A stretch of 64,000 bases of DNA from Utricularia gibba. Lineage: Eukaryota; Plantae; Magnoliophyta. Each line of letters starts with the position of its first letter. Position 1 is the first letter of the stretch. The translations under genes and the position numbers were made by a program. The DNA is taken from the NCBI GenBank assembly GCA_002189035.1, contig NEEC01000002.1:4650001-4714000 (forward strand). Direction: 5' to 3'. Below are positions 1 to 12,745 of this stretch, one piece after another. The notes beneath the pieces are model-generated. The model did not search any database. It was not told where the DNA came from and worked only from the letters and a program-made list of their open reading frames with translations.

Positions 1-445
1 ACAGAAAATAATCTTGAACTTCAGCTTCGTTCCTGTTTGTCTTCCTTCTTCTTCCTCCCCAGAAAACCTTTCCAAAAAATGTGTTCATGAGTCTCCAAGG
101 GGAGATCTGCCTTCTCTCCCTACCTTTCTTCCTTTTTGTCCAAAATCTTTCTTTTTCACCTCCTTGGACTTTGTGTGTACTCTTTTTCAGTCTTCTGTCA
201 CCTTTTCTGCTACCACACTATTCATATTCGGTTCCTTCGGGTTTGTGTTGCGACCTATGCTGCATTGCTCGAAGGGAACTGTTAGAAGGTTGGGACTAAA
301 TCACAGATTTAGTCCCAACTAAGACTAAAAGTGCACTCCTACGGTACTTATATGCAAAAATATAGAAACAGCAATTAAACTTAATTTTTGTAGCACAAAA
401 TGAGTAAATTCCATGCATTGAGCCACTCAAAAATATGTGTTATCG
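1..445 (-). mobile_element. 5' part of an Athila-like LTR (family 'B'), running off the left edge of the window
   Basis: 1-445 is the reverse complement of about 19161-19600 (e.g. GACTAAATCTGTGATTTAGTCCCAACCTTCT). Its terminus reads (C)GATAACAC on the minus strand, against TGATAACGC at 19161. Confidence 0.7.
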
Positions 446-2850
446 GTTAGTCAAATAAGTGCATATTTAAATAAAAAACACATAAAAGAATCTCAGAACC
501 CATGATCCCACTTGCGCTTGACCAAATTTGATCGTTTCAACTCCGAAACCTTCCACAATATCTTTACATTGCTCCTGAAGAAAATCAAGATTTTAGGACA
601 CTTAATCAACTTACCACAAATTTATTCCCACAACCACGCAGACTACTCATCCTTCTATTCCAACTTGGTGTTCCTATGTTTCCTTTGATTTGGGGGACTT
701 ACAAATGCTTCAAAGCTTAATTTTCATCCTTACACCACTGCAAGTAATCCTTATCCTCAATACCATGGTGTCTTAATTCTCTTGTGCCACCTTGAGCAAT
801 GCCATTGGCTCAAAAGGTGGTTACCACATTGCTACAACCATTTTCATGTTTTCTATTTCCTTGTTCCCTCCTTTTTTGTATAAATTTCGGACGAAATGTT
901 GGTGCCTCACATCCTCCCCTCCTCAGAATATGCTTCATTTTGAACCATGATGTATGAATTCAGGATATTGTTGAATCAAATCAGATTCCAACTCCCAAGT
1001 ACTCTCATCTTTGCTATGATTGCTGCATTGCACATTAATCATTGGAATAACTTTGTTTCTCAATTTCCTTTCTTGTGTATTGATAACACTATTTTTATTG
1101 TGTTTTTACATGTGTTTTTAGGTGTGTTTTGTAGGGTTAAATGTTGTTTAGTGTGCTACATTGTCTTCTTTTGTGTATTTAGTTTGTTGAAGTGTGCTTA
1201 TTATGAAAAGAGGCTTAATTGGCAACAATTGAACAAAAAACGCTAATATTTCCTCTAGTCTGTATATAAATCTTACTATGGTAAGAGCTAGTACTGTAGC
1301 AATGCATTTTCCGCATTGACAAGTCAAAAGAGACAAAAAGCTATGCAGAAGTCACTTTTCGATGAAAGTAGCTGCTTTTCTGAAAAGATAAGATCTAGAA
1401 CAGAGATCTTCCTTCTAGAAGCCAATAAAAAACAACAGAGATACTCTTACTTTGAGCGGGAAAAGGAAAGAGGAAGGGAGAGAGAAAAGAGAATAGTAGT
1501 GAGGAGGAGAGTGAAGGAGAATGTTGGTTCTCCGATGAAGAGCTCTAGCCAGCATCAGATCTAAGTCTCTAGACCATGTTTTCGCCCTGAACTTTCATTT
1601 TCAAAAAATCTATAGCCCACAAAAGCAGCCTGATACTTTTATTTGCGTTTTCTTGCACTTTAACTGTTGTTGATCTTACTACTTTTACTTTCTTTGTTTT
1701 CATGCTTTCTGTTACGTTCTGGTGCCTTGTTGTGAACGAGAAGTCCCCTGTAGACCTTATTTCAGCTTATGAACATGTTCCTGTTTAAGCCCTTCATGCT
1801 TTCTTTTAACTTTAACATGTTATTTAATGTTCCCGCAACTATTTGCTCTGTTTTTAAGCATGTTAAAGTTGGGTTTAAGCCTATGAGTTCTCTTGAGTGA
1901 TACAAGAGTTAGACCTTGGTGTAAAACCCAGCCGAGACACCCTTACTTTATATTTTCAACACATCCTTGTTATTTTACGCGCTTGTTCACCCTTGCAACT
2001 CATTTATTTCAACTGATGCTATTTTATGTCTTACACACATGAGAGTTAAATCCTCAAAAACCCCCATGTTTTTCAATAAATGTAAAGGACTTCGAGGAAT
2101 TACAACCATTCCTTGTGAATTCGTCCATTGCTTGCCACACTATATTAATTTCTATGATTTGTGTAGTAGAATAGCTTGGTTTATAAACTTTTTTTGATGC
2201 GTTGAATTTGCTTAACCTGCGACATTTAGCATTTTATTCTAATGTTCATCATGTATCTAATACTCTCATATAGGTCATATTCTCCGTCAAGTCTTCATAT
2301 ATCTTAGTCACGGTTTCCATTTCCGAATCAGTGCACATCTTGAGTTGACAAACATGGAACACATTGTGAATTCTCTCCATCTAATCAAGGTTCCTTAATT
2401 GATATGCCACATTTCCTATCTTCTTTTCAATATGATATGATCCAACATGTCTTAGTGCTAACTTATGAGTCCTTCTAAATCAAGATATTCCTTTCATGGG
2501 CAAAACCTTCAAATATACCAAATCCCCAACCTCAAAACTCAAGGGTTTTCTTCTCACATCGGCCCAATTTTTCATCCTATCATGAGCCACCTTCAAATTT
2601 TTCCGAATTACCGCTACCTTCTCATTTGTCACATGCACAACTTCAGGTCCTGTAACATTCATTTCCCCTACCTTTGTTAATCTATCCACTATAACACACA
2701 CTTCATCCTTTTTCCACTCTTTAGCATGTAGACTAACTATTTAGTGTTTTTGGCAACGCAACAATGAAGTCCATGGTAACATGATCCCACTTCCATCTTG
2801 GAATTTCCAATGGTTGCAATTCACCTCCATGTTTTTGGTGCATCCACTAC
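446..2850 (-). mobile_element. Degenerate Tekay/Del chromovirus 3' end (integrase C-terminus, chromodomain, PPT, part of 3' LTR), interrupted by a solo LTR
   Basis: Minus-strand peptides [25 protein letters not shown] (~2750-2830), IRKNLKVAHDRMKNWADVRRKPLSFEVGDLVYLKV (ORF 2480-2701), HNVFHV (~2350) and chromodomain-like TQERKLRNKVIPM...STWELESDL (~960-1080). PPT GAGGAGGGGAGGA at 912-924 is followed by an LTR start TGTGAGGCAC at 911. Confidence 0.75.
1081..2251 (+). mobile_element. Solo LTR (1171 bp) with perfect 5-bp TSD TGTAT
   Basis: Termini TGATAACAC...GTTCATCA; TGTAT at 1076-1080 and 2252-2256. Removing it rejoins the Tekay peptide VLDT|QERKLRNK. Confidence 0.8.
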
Positions 2851-2859
2851 AAGGTTTCC

Positions 2860-5800
2860 CATACACCAATCAAAATTGTGAGTTTCGATTGTTGTTTTGT
2901 ACATTGTCCATATCGCCCAAAGTGGATCCTAAAGTCTCATAGTCCAATACTTTTTGTTTGGGCTCACAACTTTCTCCAAAGTCTATTTGATTTCCCTATT
3001 AGAAACTTCAACTTGGCTGTTGGTTTGTGGATGATATACTATTGAAGGCTCATAAAAAAGATTGAATTGCTTCAAAAAATTCCCAAAGGCTTGGTTGTGA
3101 AAATCAGATCCTCTTTCCCTAATCAAGGCCTTAAGAGTTCGATATGCACAATAATATTTTTGTGCAACAATTAAATTATAGTCTTCACATCAACTGATAT
3201 GTCTTGGAATTGCTTCAATCCTTTTAGATACATAATCATCAGCAAATAAGATATAGTCGAAACTTGCTCAAATGGAAAACAATTAAATTATAGTCTTCAT
3301 ATGTCGAATAACTCACATACTAGAATTCCATGTTTGGGTATATCATTTCTGTTTGATAAATTCTCCACTCTTTAGCATGGTTCACATCCTTTGCAATAAG
3401 CATAACAATATGTGAAAATATCTAGTTAGTAGAATCTACGATCAAAATTTTTTTGGCTATGCAATTAGGTCCATGATGACCACCAAATGGTTGTTACATG
3501 AATCAATAATTTAGGGAAGTTCAAATTCATGAACATACCATACCTTCTAATAATTTAGGGATCATCACAAATATAATACTTTGCATCACTCTTCCATTTG
3601 TTCCTTGCATGGCAATCCATTCATGGTGGTATTGATTTGATAAACGGAAATTTTAGCATATCGTTGCAATAAAAGCAAAATTCTGTATCAAATACATTTA
3701 TAAGCCCTAATCTACACAAAATACAAATTGAGAAATTTGTATAGTGGATGTCGGGGTTGATTACAAGGAGCTTGTGCTTGTCATGTATTTCAGCAGATGC
3801 AGAATTTAAAGTAACGGTAAGTCTTAGTCTAAGCTCGGACCAACAGTGGTAAACAAGTTCGGTAAACAAGATCAGTAAACAATATCAGGTCTTAATACTA
3901 AGGTAACAGGTACTGGTTCTAACTCAGAATAATACCAAGGTGCCTTAAGGGTATGCAGGTGGTATAGTGCCAAAATCCCTAATTTAATCTACCATGTTTC
4001 TACACTTATAACTTCAAATAAACTAAGTCTACCCAGGTCATTCATCATATTTTCGACTAAGCTAGTCCCCCATATCATCACCAATATTGCAATTAGGTCT
4101 ACCCGCATACAAAGCATATAGATCTAGGTCTACCCAGTTTTATTGGTTCTACCCCGGACTAACACCTACTACTCACGTCTTGATTTGTTGGTCTACCTCT
4201 AAATCAAGCATCTAAGTTGTGAAGCTACATGTTCCCCTCCTTAGGTCTACCCATGGCTTGATAGAAACAAAAGCTAAGAAACAATGGTGAATTTTATTAA
4301 GATTCCTAGACCCACACCATCATGCTTCACCTTAAGGCACCCCTAGGGCTTTAGCTACTCATATTTGGAAGGTAAAAAGTAATGACATTAACATAAAACA
4401 ACGAAAATGTTTAGAACATCATGCAGAATTTGGGTGCAAAAACTAAAGACATCAACAAACTAAAAGAAAGCAGTAGAGTTCTGGTTTTCTTCTGCTACTA
4501 TTCTTGGGCCAGAACAGTAGCGCTGAACTGGGTCTTGATCTTCTTCCTTCACGCTGGAGGTTCTTCTCCAGAAAAATCCCATTTCTTCCTCCTTCTCCTT
4601 TAGTTTCTTCGTGCTCAAGTTGGGGGAGAAAACTCCTCGTGTGTGTTCTGAAAAATTCTGGGTGAACCCCCCCTTTGCAACTCTCTCTCCTCCTTATCTT
4701 TCTCTCGCCTCCCACTGCCCAAGGCAAGTACATTTTCTGACAAATCAGCTGCTCCTGGCCCTGACTTGCAGACTGCCGCCGTGACAATGTACTCATTGCC
4801 CCTTGTAGCCTGGTGACTTGCATGAAATCCAGATTTCTTCCTTGACTTTCGAGTTGCTGCTAGACTCCAAAATCGGGTTAGATATGGGGTGGGCTAAATC
4901 CTTTGATTTAGCCCACTAATACACCAAAAAATCATATTTTCCCTAATCAAATAAAAATACTTAAAACCATAAAATTAACAACTAAACATAATTAAAAATT
5001 TGTGATTTTCTTATCATAAGAAAAGGAAAATTTGTGTGCTATCATGATCCTATTGAAACAAAGTTAGCACGGTTAGCAAACCCAGTTCACGTGTAGCAGT
5101 CCTAAACAAGAATAAATGTTCATGTGGAAATGCTTTTGCGATTATGTTGTCATCTTTATTTCTCTCAATCATGCTAAGGTGATCAGTCACAAGGTTTTAT
5201 ATTCCAAGGTTGCCTTTAATAACAATATCTAAACGTCACCATGAACTTTATTTGTTTTCATGAAGTTGAATTCCTATTTAAATGCAAAATCAATTGTTTG
5301 CTATTTGAAATGTCAATTTATGCATTTTATTTTCTACTTTTTAGTATAGAAGCCAGTAGAAGACTTTTACTAATTTAGTTAAAATAGAATTCCACTTCCA
5401 GATAAACCCTCCTATTTAATCCAACTTACATAGAGAAGCAACAAATAAAAACTATCTGCTCTGTATAGATCGACTTAGATTTACTGTTGCTACATTAATT
5501 TCCTAGCGAATTGAATGTAGTTTTTTTGTTTAGTTTATAAATTACTTTTTTTGAAGTAGAAAACCTTTAGGCTTTCCTAGCGAATCAAATGTAGTTTCTT
5601 TAATCCACTTGTCGAATTTCCTTTCCATCAACCATGGTCACTAGCACCACACATAATCTCAAAAATATAACTCTAGTTTGGTGGTTGGATTATAGGAGCA
5701 ATTGAGACAACCTTCTTCAAGTGATTGAAAGCATATTTACATGAATTATCAAAGTAAGAATGCACATCATGATGCAACAATCTGCTAAGTGGCAAAGCAA

Positions 5801-7977
5801 TTTTGGAAAAAAATTTTTAATAAAGCTCCTACATAATCAACATGTCCCAAGAATGATCTCATTCATGTCATATTAATTGGATAAGGAAATTTACACATAA
5901 TCTCAATTTTTGTTTTATCAACTTCAATACCTTTTGATGGTGATTCTACAACTACACAAAAACCATTGAAGTAACAAATAAAGATCCAATAAATATGAAT
6001 GGTCATTTTAAATCTTCATACGATTGATCAAAATATCCTTCAAGAATTTTGTACAAGTGGACATTTGTAACATCACATTGGTAAATTGGATGTTTATCCC
6101 ATTCATGGATCTTTAGAAACTTGGAATATTGCTGATACATTGATGATTTGACCTATCTCTATGGATTAGAAATGAGGCTTGCAAAGGTCTCAATCTCAGA
6201 GCTTCATAAACTGAATATGACATCACATTAACAGCAGCTCCTAAATCAGCCATAGCTCTCCTGATATTCAAATCTGCAATCTTACAAGGAATAAAAAATG
6301 TACCTGGATCCTTGCATTTTTCTGGAAGCTTTCGGATGAGTAATGTTGAACAACTCTCACTTAAAAATATCTTTCCTCTTTCCTTCATCTTGGATTTGGA
6401 CATACAAAGGTGATTCAAATGCTTTACACTTTGTAGCATGGAAATGTAGTCCAAAATATTCAAATTAAGTTGAGTATTGCCCAAGACCTTCAAAATCTTC
6501 TCCTTTTCTCGTGTTCTTCTTTGGTCTCAAACTTACCAGAAAAATGAAGGTTGAGTGATCTTTACTTTAGTAAGTTCTCAATGAACCATCACTTCTTCCT
6601 TGTCCTCAACTGCAACACAAAATTCCCATCTCGTTTCTCCTTTATGTTCTTCAATGTCATGGCATTCAAATATAGTGTTGCTGGTTTCTCCTTTCTTCTT
6701 TAGTTCTCCAAACTCCAGTGTCAATTGAGTCAATTGAGTCTCCAAATTCTTAATGACTTGTCGATTTTCCACTTCATTTTTGCTTGATTGTACCATAAAC
6801 ATTTTCAGCATTTCTTACGAAGAATTCCCAAAATTTCCTCCAGCATTGTTTGGACATTGAGATTGCTGGACTTGTTTTTGAAGTTGTAGAGGCTGAAATG
6901 AATGTTGCTACTGCTCTTGAAAATTCCGCTGGAAATTTTGTTGTCCTATGCTTGAACTTTCTCCCTTGTACATATTATCATAGCCTTGATGTGCTCCTCT
7001 TCAAAAAACTCTGGACATTAATCAACAAGATGTCCAAGTCTTCAACAGTTCCCGCATGACATATTCTTAGTTTGGAATAAAAATAGTTCCTTCATCATCT
7101 CAGACATCGCAGCAATATTCTTTGTGAGTTCACTTTCTGATTGTTTTGGCTTGCACTCTACCTCATAAACTCTCTTGTTCAAAGCTTACTTCCTGATGAT
7201 ACGCTTGGAGTACTTAGCCAACTCCTCAAGCAACGTAAGAGCTTCCGTGGGAGTCTTTTTTCTCAAAAATCCACCTGCAATTGAATCCACCATGGCCCTA
7301 TTTGTACATAAAAGTCTATCAAAAAATATTTGACCAATGCATTGATTTGAAATTCGTGATGTGGATAGGAGCCTAGCAGGTGATTAAATTGCTCCCAATA
7401 TTCATGTAGAGATTCCCCACTAGTTTGTTCAATGTTACTAATCTCTTTTCTTATCCCTTCAGCCTTAGAAATAGGAAAATATTTGTTGAGAAATACTTTC
7501 TTCATCCCTAACCAATATGTGATGCTTCCAAGCTTGAACGAGTTGAACCACGTCTTTGCACTTCCCTCCAGCATAAACTGGAATGCTCTCAAAAAAATAG
7601 CATCCTCAGTCATCCCAACACTCTTAAAAGAGGTGCACACAACAGTGACATTGTCCAAAAGTTCGTGTGGGTTTTCTCCCACTTTTCCATAATACTTAGG
7701 TTAAAAATTGATCATCGCAAGCTTCAATTGATTGGTTATATCATCAAAAAATCTGATGCACAAACCCTTGTACATCTAGTCAATTGTATCAAGCTCATTC
7801 AAGGTCTTCTCATATTCCGCCATGATCAAATTAACTTGAGTTGCAGCAAAGAGTCTTCTTATTGATAACTCTCTCGATTTCTGGATAGAAAACAAGATCA
7901 CCTACTCCTGAAGAATGCAAACGCATCAATTGAATCAAAAAACAATTAAGCACCGCTCCCCGGCAACAGAGTCAATT
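2860..7977 (-). mobile_element. Degenerate Athila-like internal region (gag, protease, RNase H and integrase relics) with a decayed tRNA-Asp-type PBS
   Basis: Gag ORF 7263-7682 (FLRAFQFMLEGSAKTWFNS) and protease ORF 6113-6493 (KCKDPGTFFIPCKI...AMADLGAAVNVM) are homologous to 59429-62083. RNase H at ~5640-5710; integrase YHPQTNSQVEVSNREIK at ~2960-3040. PBS-like TGACTCTGTTGCCGGGGA at 7957-7974 lies next to the LTR end at 7978. Confidence 0.75.
3638..5044 (-). mobile_element. Athila-like solo LTR (family 'A', 1407 bp) inserted in an Athila integrase relic
   Basis: Termini TGATAAAC...GCTATCA; flanks TGATT (3633-3637) and TGATC (5045-5049), a 4/5 TSD. Homologous to 8407-9810 and 62133-62716. Confidence 0.8.
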
Positions 7978-8094
7978 TGATAAACGAAAAATTTTGCACA
8001 CGTCGTGAATATGCAATTTTTCTTATCAAATAAATTTATAATCCTAATTCACATTCAATTATACGAAAAATATGAGCATAGTGGAGTAGGGTTA
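7978..8094 (-). mobile_element. 3' end of a family 'B' LTR (5' LTR of the 2860-7977 element), truncated
   Basis: Matches the reverse complement of about 20230-20335 and abuts the PBS. Confidence 0.65.
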
Positions 8095-8407
8095 TGTTAG
8101 TGTATGTGTTCTAGAGACAATCAACTCATTGGCAAATCTTATCTTTTGATATTTACTTTGAATTGTGATCAAATTTATATCATTGATAAAATCCTCTACT
8201 TGATCTATGTGCTATAGAAATTATGATGAGATCATAATGTGAGATTCTTCAAGCACTCATGATCAAGTTAAAACTCTCTGGCTAGAGTATTTGTGAAATG
8301 AAGATATCACAAATACGGATAAGCTGACACACATTGAGTTCCCTAAACAGTTTAGGCAATGGTTCTCACAATTGATGTAATGAGATTACTAGAATCTATG
8401 TGTGGGT
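8095..8407 (+). mobile_element. 5' fragment of an Angela-like copia LTR
   Basis: Near-identical to 36842-37154 (starts TGTTAGTGTATGTGTTCTAGAGACAATC). Homology stops at ...TGTGGGTG, where the next LTR begins. Confidence 0.7.
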
Positions 8408-9810
8408 GATAACACACATTTTTCCTAAAATTCATAACACAAAACAGCTATATTTTATCATGATTTAGGTTAGATAAATGTGGTTTTTCATGCTTTAGTG
8501 GTGTTTATGTTGCAAAGTGGACTAAATCCTTTGATTTAGTCCACAACTCTTGTTACTAATGTTTCAGTAAGTTCAGCAGGGAGATGAGCCGAAAATCAGA
8601 CTTGCAAACGTGTAAAACAAGCAAAAAAGGGCGCAAAATCCGGAGAAGGACAAAGAGCACTGTTCTACAGCCACTGCAGTCTGCAAGTTCAGGCTGGGAA
8701 CAGTGCTGGCGGTCGGGAACAGTACTAGCGGACAGCAACAGTGCAATGGAGTGAAGGAAAGGGGAAATTTATTTTCGAAAAAAAGGAGAGCGCGAAGAAA
8801 AAAGAGCGACTCAGAGAGGGGGGGACGCAAAGGGGGTCTTCTTCCCCAACGGGTGAAACACCAACCAGAAGGGGGAAGAAACGCCTCCATCATCAAGAAT
8901 AGCACCGGAGCCCAGTCCAGCACTACTGTTCTGGGCTGTGAACAGTAGCTAACGGGCGGAAGAACAATCTTTATTTACTTTCTAGTTTTCTGAACATTTC
9001 GACTTTCTGCATTTTACTTGTTTACAATGTTTCTGCCATTTTGACCAACTTATATGAATGAAATCGTGTTTTATTTCCAAAGCATGAGTGGCTAGAGTGT
9101 TAGGGATGCCTTAAGGAGAAGTGGGTGGTATGTGCTTAGGTTGATGATGAAATTTAGTTGTCTTCCTTAACTCTTGTTTCTAACAAACCATGGGTAGACC
9201 TAAGGAGGGGAGCAAGTAGTTTCACAACTTAGATGTTTGGTTTAGAGGTAGACCAACAAACCAAGACAGGATTAGTCGGTGTTAGTCCAGGGTAGAACCA
9301 GTAGAACCGGCTAGACCTAGTTCTATATGTCTTGCATGCGGGTAAACCTAATTGCAATGTTGGTTATGATATTGGGGACTAGCTTAAGCCAAAAATATGA
9401 TGAATGACCTGGGTAGACTTAGGTTATTTGAAGTTGTGAGTGTAGGAAGATAATAAATTAAGTTAGGAAGCTTAGCATAACACCACCCGCAGACCCTTAA
9501 GGCGTCCTCGTATTAATCTGAATCAAAACCAGTACCTGTTACCTTAGCGTAGAAACCTAATATTGCTTACATACCTTGTTTACTGAACTTGTTTACCACT
9601 ATTAGTTCAAGCTTAGACTAAGACCTATTGTTATCCGAAATCATGCATTTACTAAAACACTTAGCAAGCACAAGCTCTTCGTGATCGACCCCGATATCCA
9701 CTATACAAGTTTTCCAAATTTGTATTTTTTGTAGATTATGGATTATAAATTTATTTGATACGGATTTTCTATTTTTATTTTCAACGATATTAGGAAATTT
9801 CCGTTTATCA
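8407..9810 (+). mobile_element. Athila-like LTR (family 'A', 1404 bp) without TSD or PBS
   Basis: Termini TGATAACAC...CCGTTTATCA; homologous to 3638-5044 (inverted), 48500-49095 and 62133-62716. Flanks GTGGG and AATGC do not match. Confidence 0.75.
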
Positions 9811-10208
9811 AATGCTAATGTGTTCAAGAATTTGGATATCAATCATTCCATGTACTGATTGGGACACCTCTATGGCATTCAAGAAGTTAAGATCTTGCCT
9901 CACCCCCACATTGTTGTTATTCTCAAAACTTTTTTGATGTTATTTAGGAGCCATCTGGCCATCCAACCATGGGGTAGATTAATCAAACAATACTGCTACT
10001 TTCTGAAGCAGTCCCCTAGTGCTATCCACCTTATCACATTCCTCATCACCTAAAAAAGGAGTTAGACAAAAGCATCAAAGAACTCTAAGATGTTGGTTTC
10101 ATATGCCCCAACAAAAGATGGGGGTTGGCTAATACATATTAAAGTTCTATTGAATGAATCATATAGTTCTCAAATTTTCTTGAAATAGTGCTGAGAGCCA
10201 TCTTCCAT

Positions 10209-10808
10209 AATCAAAAGGATTTTGATGCCATAGAAGTCTCTGAGTTCATTAATTGTTCTTGGTTGTAGCCAAGAAAGCATTGCATCAATTTTACTAATGT
10301 TAGTGGCCACCCCTTGATTAGAGATTATGAAGTCGAGATAAGAAACTCGTTGAGTGCAGAAGGTGCATTTAGTAAGCTTGACAAATAGGGAATGGTGCTG
10401 TAAAATATCCTAGACAGTCGAAAGACATTGAATGTAAATTTGTCCTTTTTTCGATAATATTTTGGTTTACAGTAAATTGTGGGAATAACACATCTAGCAT
10501 CCTATGGTGGTCTTGGATATTTTACAATGCCACTCCCTAAAAGCTCTCCAAATGCATCTTGGCACTCAACGAGTTTCCTATCTCAACTTAATCATCTCCA
10601 ATTGAGGGGTGGCGATCGATAGTAGTAAAATTGATGCAATGCTCTCTTGGTACAGCCCAAAATAATTAAAGAACTTAGGGGTTTTCTTGGTTGGTCTAGA
10701 TATTATCGAAGATAAATCTAGAATTATGGCCTTTTAGTAGACCTCTTACTCAACTTCTAAAGAAGAATGGTTTTCACCAAACTTCTATAGCATCAAAATC
10801 CTTCTGAT
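10209..10808. repeat. Inverted duplication of an RT/RNase H-junction segment (arms ~10209-10413 and 10512-10680 plus 10781-10808)
   Basis: The reverse complement of 10209-10413 aligns to 10512-10680 (shared GGATATTTTACA, ACTCAACGAGTTTC, AGTAAAATTGATGCAATGCT) and then jumps to 10781-10808 (ACTTCTATrGCATCAAAATCCTT). Confidence 0.8.
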
Positions 10809-11849
10809 TTTTTTGCCCTTCCTAATTTTTCAACAAAATTTGTGGTTGAAATAGATGCTTGTGTGCAATGATTGGCCATCTCTAAAGAATATTTAATGAA
10901 CAAATTTTTCTAAAGAATTTTTCTACAAAATTTTTCTTACATTTAAGCAAATTTTTTATTTAATGATCACGGTTTATTTGTAATATCAATGAAGAATAGA
11001 GTGAATACCAGCATAAAGGTTATTAAAAGCACCCAATAGTAGTGTTGCAGGTGCAATCTATTGACAAAGCCACATAATAGCCTTAGGTTAGAGGATAGTG
11101 AATCATGTGGCTTAATAAATACTAGTGATGAGAGGACTTTGGGGAATATATTAAGAGGCACAGTTATGGAGGAGGTGAAATAGTAAATACAACAAATTAG
11201 TAAGAGATTTTGTTTATTTTATCTATAAGAAAGGGGTATTGTGCATGAAGTAAGTTAAATGGATGAGTCTTATTGTTTGCTACAAAAAAAACATGTTTCT
11301 TATCTTTATGTAGAACAAATGTAACTACATGTGTATGTGATTTCCTTGTTTTGTAGATACTTTTTTTCTTTGTTTTTCATTCTGAAAAATCCAACAAGGC
11401 ATTTTTTTTTTTGAATTAATCTCTTGTTTTATTGTTTGGTGTTTGCAAATGAGTTTAGAGTCCTTAAAATTCTTTGAAATTTGCTCCAACAATTTCTTGT
11501 AAAGATAAAGTGGCTTTTAGTTGTTTTCTAAAAGTGTTTTACCCATTTGATGTACATAGTAAATGCAGGTTCTAATAGAAGAATTGTAGGAACCATTCAA
11601 AGTTCCTTATTTATGTGCTACGTACTATGTGCTATATTTTAGAAAATGGTGAGGATGTGGACCCACACTCCTTGCAACATGGTTTTAACCATAAGATTCA
11701 AGGCTAATTATCTAAGGCATTTCTAAGGCATCTTCAACAGGTAAACCAACTAAGAAAGACCAAGAAGCAAGTTATATGCATGATATGGTGGTTGGTTGGT
11801 GGCTCTTTGGATCTCTACTTATCAATTTAGACAATACATGACTCACTTC

Positions 11850-12260
11850 CCAAGACCTTGAGATGATGCCTAAGCAAATGGTCAAGGGATTTGGGCAAGG
11901 ATAGATCATGGAATCCTACTCTCAAACACTAATGATTTTCTTCCTATTGTCAAACATGGTCACTTCATGTTTTAAACTTGTTCTTGTTGAGGAAGATAAT
12001 AGTTGAAGGTTGGGTGATCAATCAAAGTAGTAGTATGGTTCTTCAAACTATGAGAGGTCTTTTAATAGATATAGAATCTTTAGCTGTAGTATGACATGTG
12101 TCATATATAAGTTAGTTGTAGTACTCATACATGTAAGGATAGTTATCTTACAATGTGTGAAATTATTTTATGTTGTTTTCATAGAGTAGATTTATTGACA
12201 TACATTTTTCTAGGGAGATTTGCTATTGAAAGTTTCATATCTTATACACAAGTCTTGAAC
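11850..12260 (+). mobile_element. Highly degenerate Ty1/copia RT/RNase H relic
   Basis: Only short motif remnants: MVKGFGQG, FLPIVKH, IDIHFSREI. Confidence 0.35.
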
Positions 12261-12544
12261 ACCATGGATGGAAAAATAAATGAACTGCAGAATCTTTGAA
12301 TGTGCCATTGAATCCTCCCTCAATGAACTTGTGAAAATTTGAAGCTGTCCATTTGGAACTCACTTGCTAAACTATAGCCTAAAAATGGGTTGTACCATTG
12401 TGCGGCAATTGCTGTTTCTTGGTCGTGCTATGGAGAAGAAACGCTCTTGATGTCAAAAAGTAAAGATTTTTAACTTTAGCAAACTTTCTCTCCTCAAACA
12501 GCTTCCTAAAACTATTTGTTAAGGGGTGAACGACTTTTTTCTAA

Positions 12545-12745
12545 GGGGTATATGGATAATGTCATATATACATTAATCATATATCTAATTTTATACCCAT
12601 GTAAAAAAATGTTTTCATCTTAAACCTAAATAAATTAAACCTATCAATCAAATACGAATAATCTTCTAAACCCATAAAATCTATTTTTTAAAACTCAAAT
12701 AAACTAAACTTGGATTAAGAAATTACCCACCAACCAAATGTACCC
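12545..12745. mobile_element. Tourist-like (PIF/Harbinger) MITE
   Basis: TAA on both flanks (12542-44, 12746-48); imperfect TIRs GGGGTATATGG ... CCAAATGTACCC; AT-rich 200-bp interior. Confidence 0.45.
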
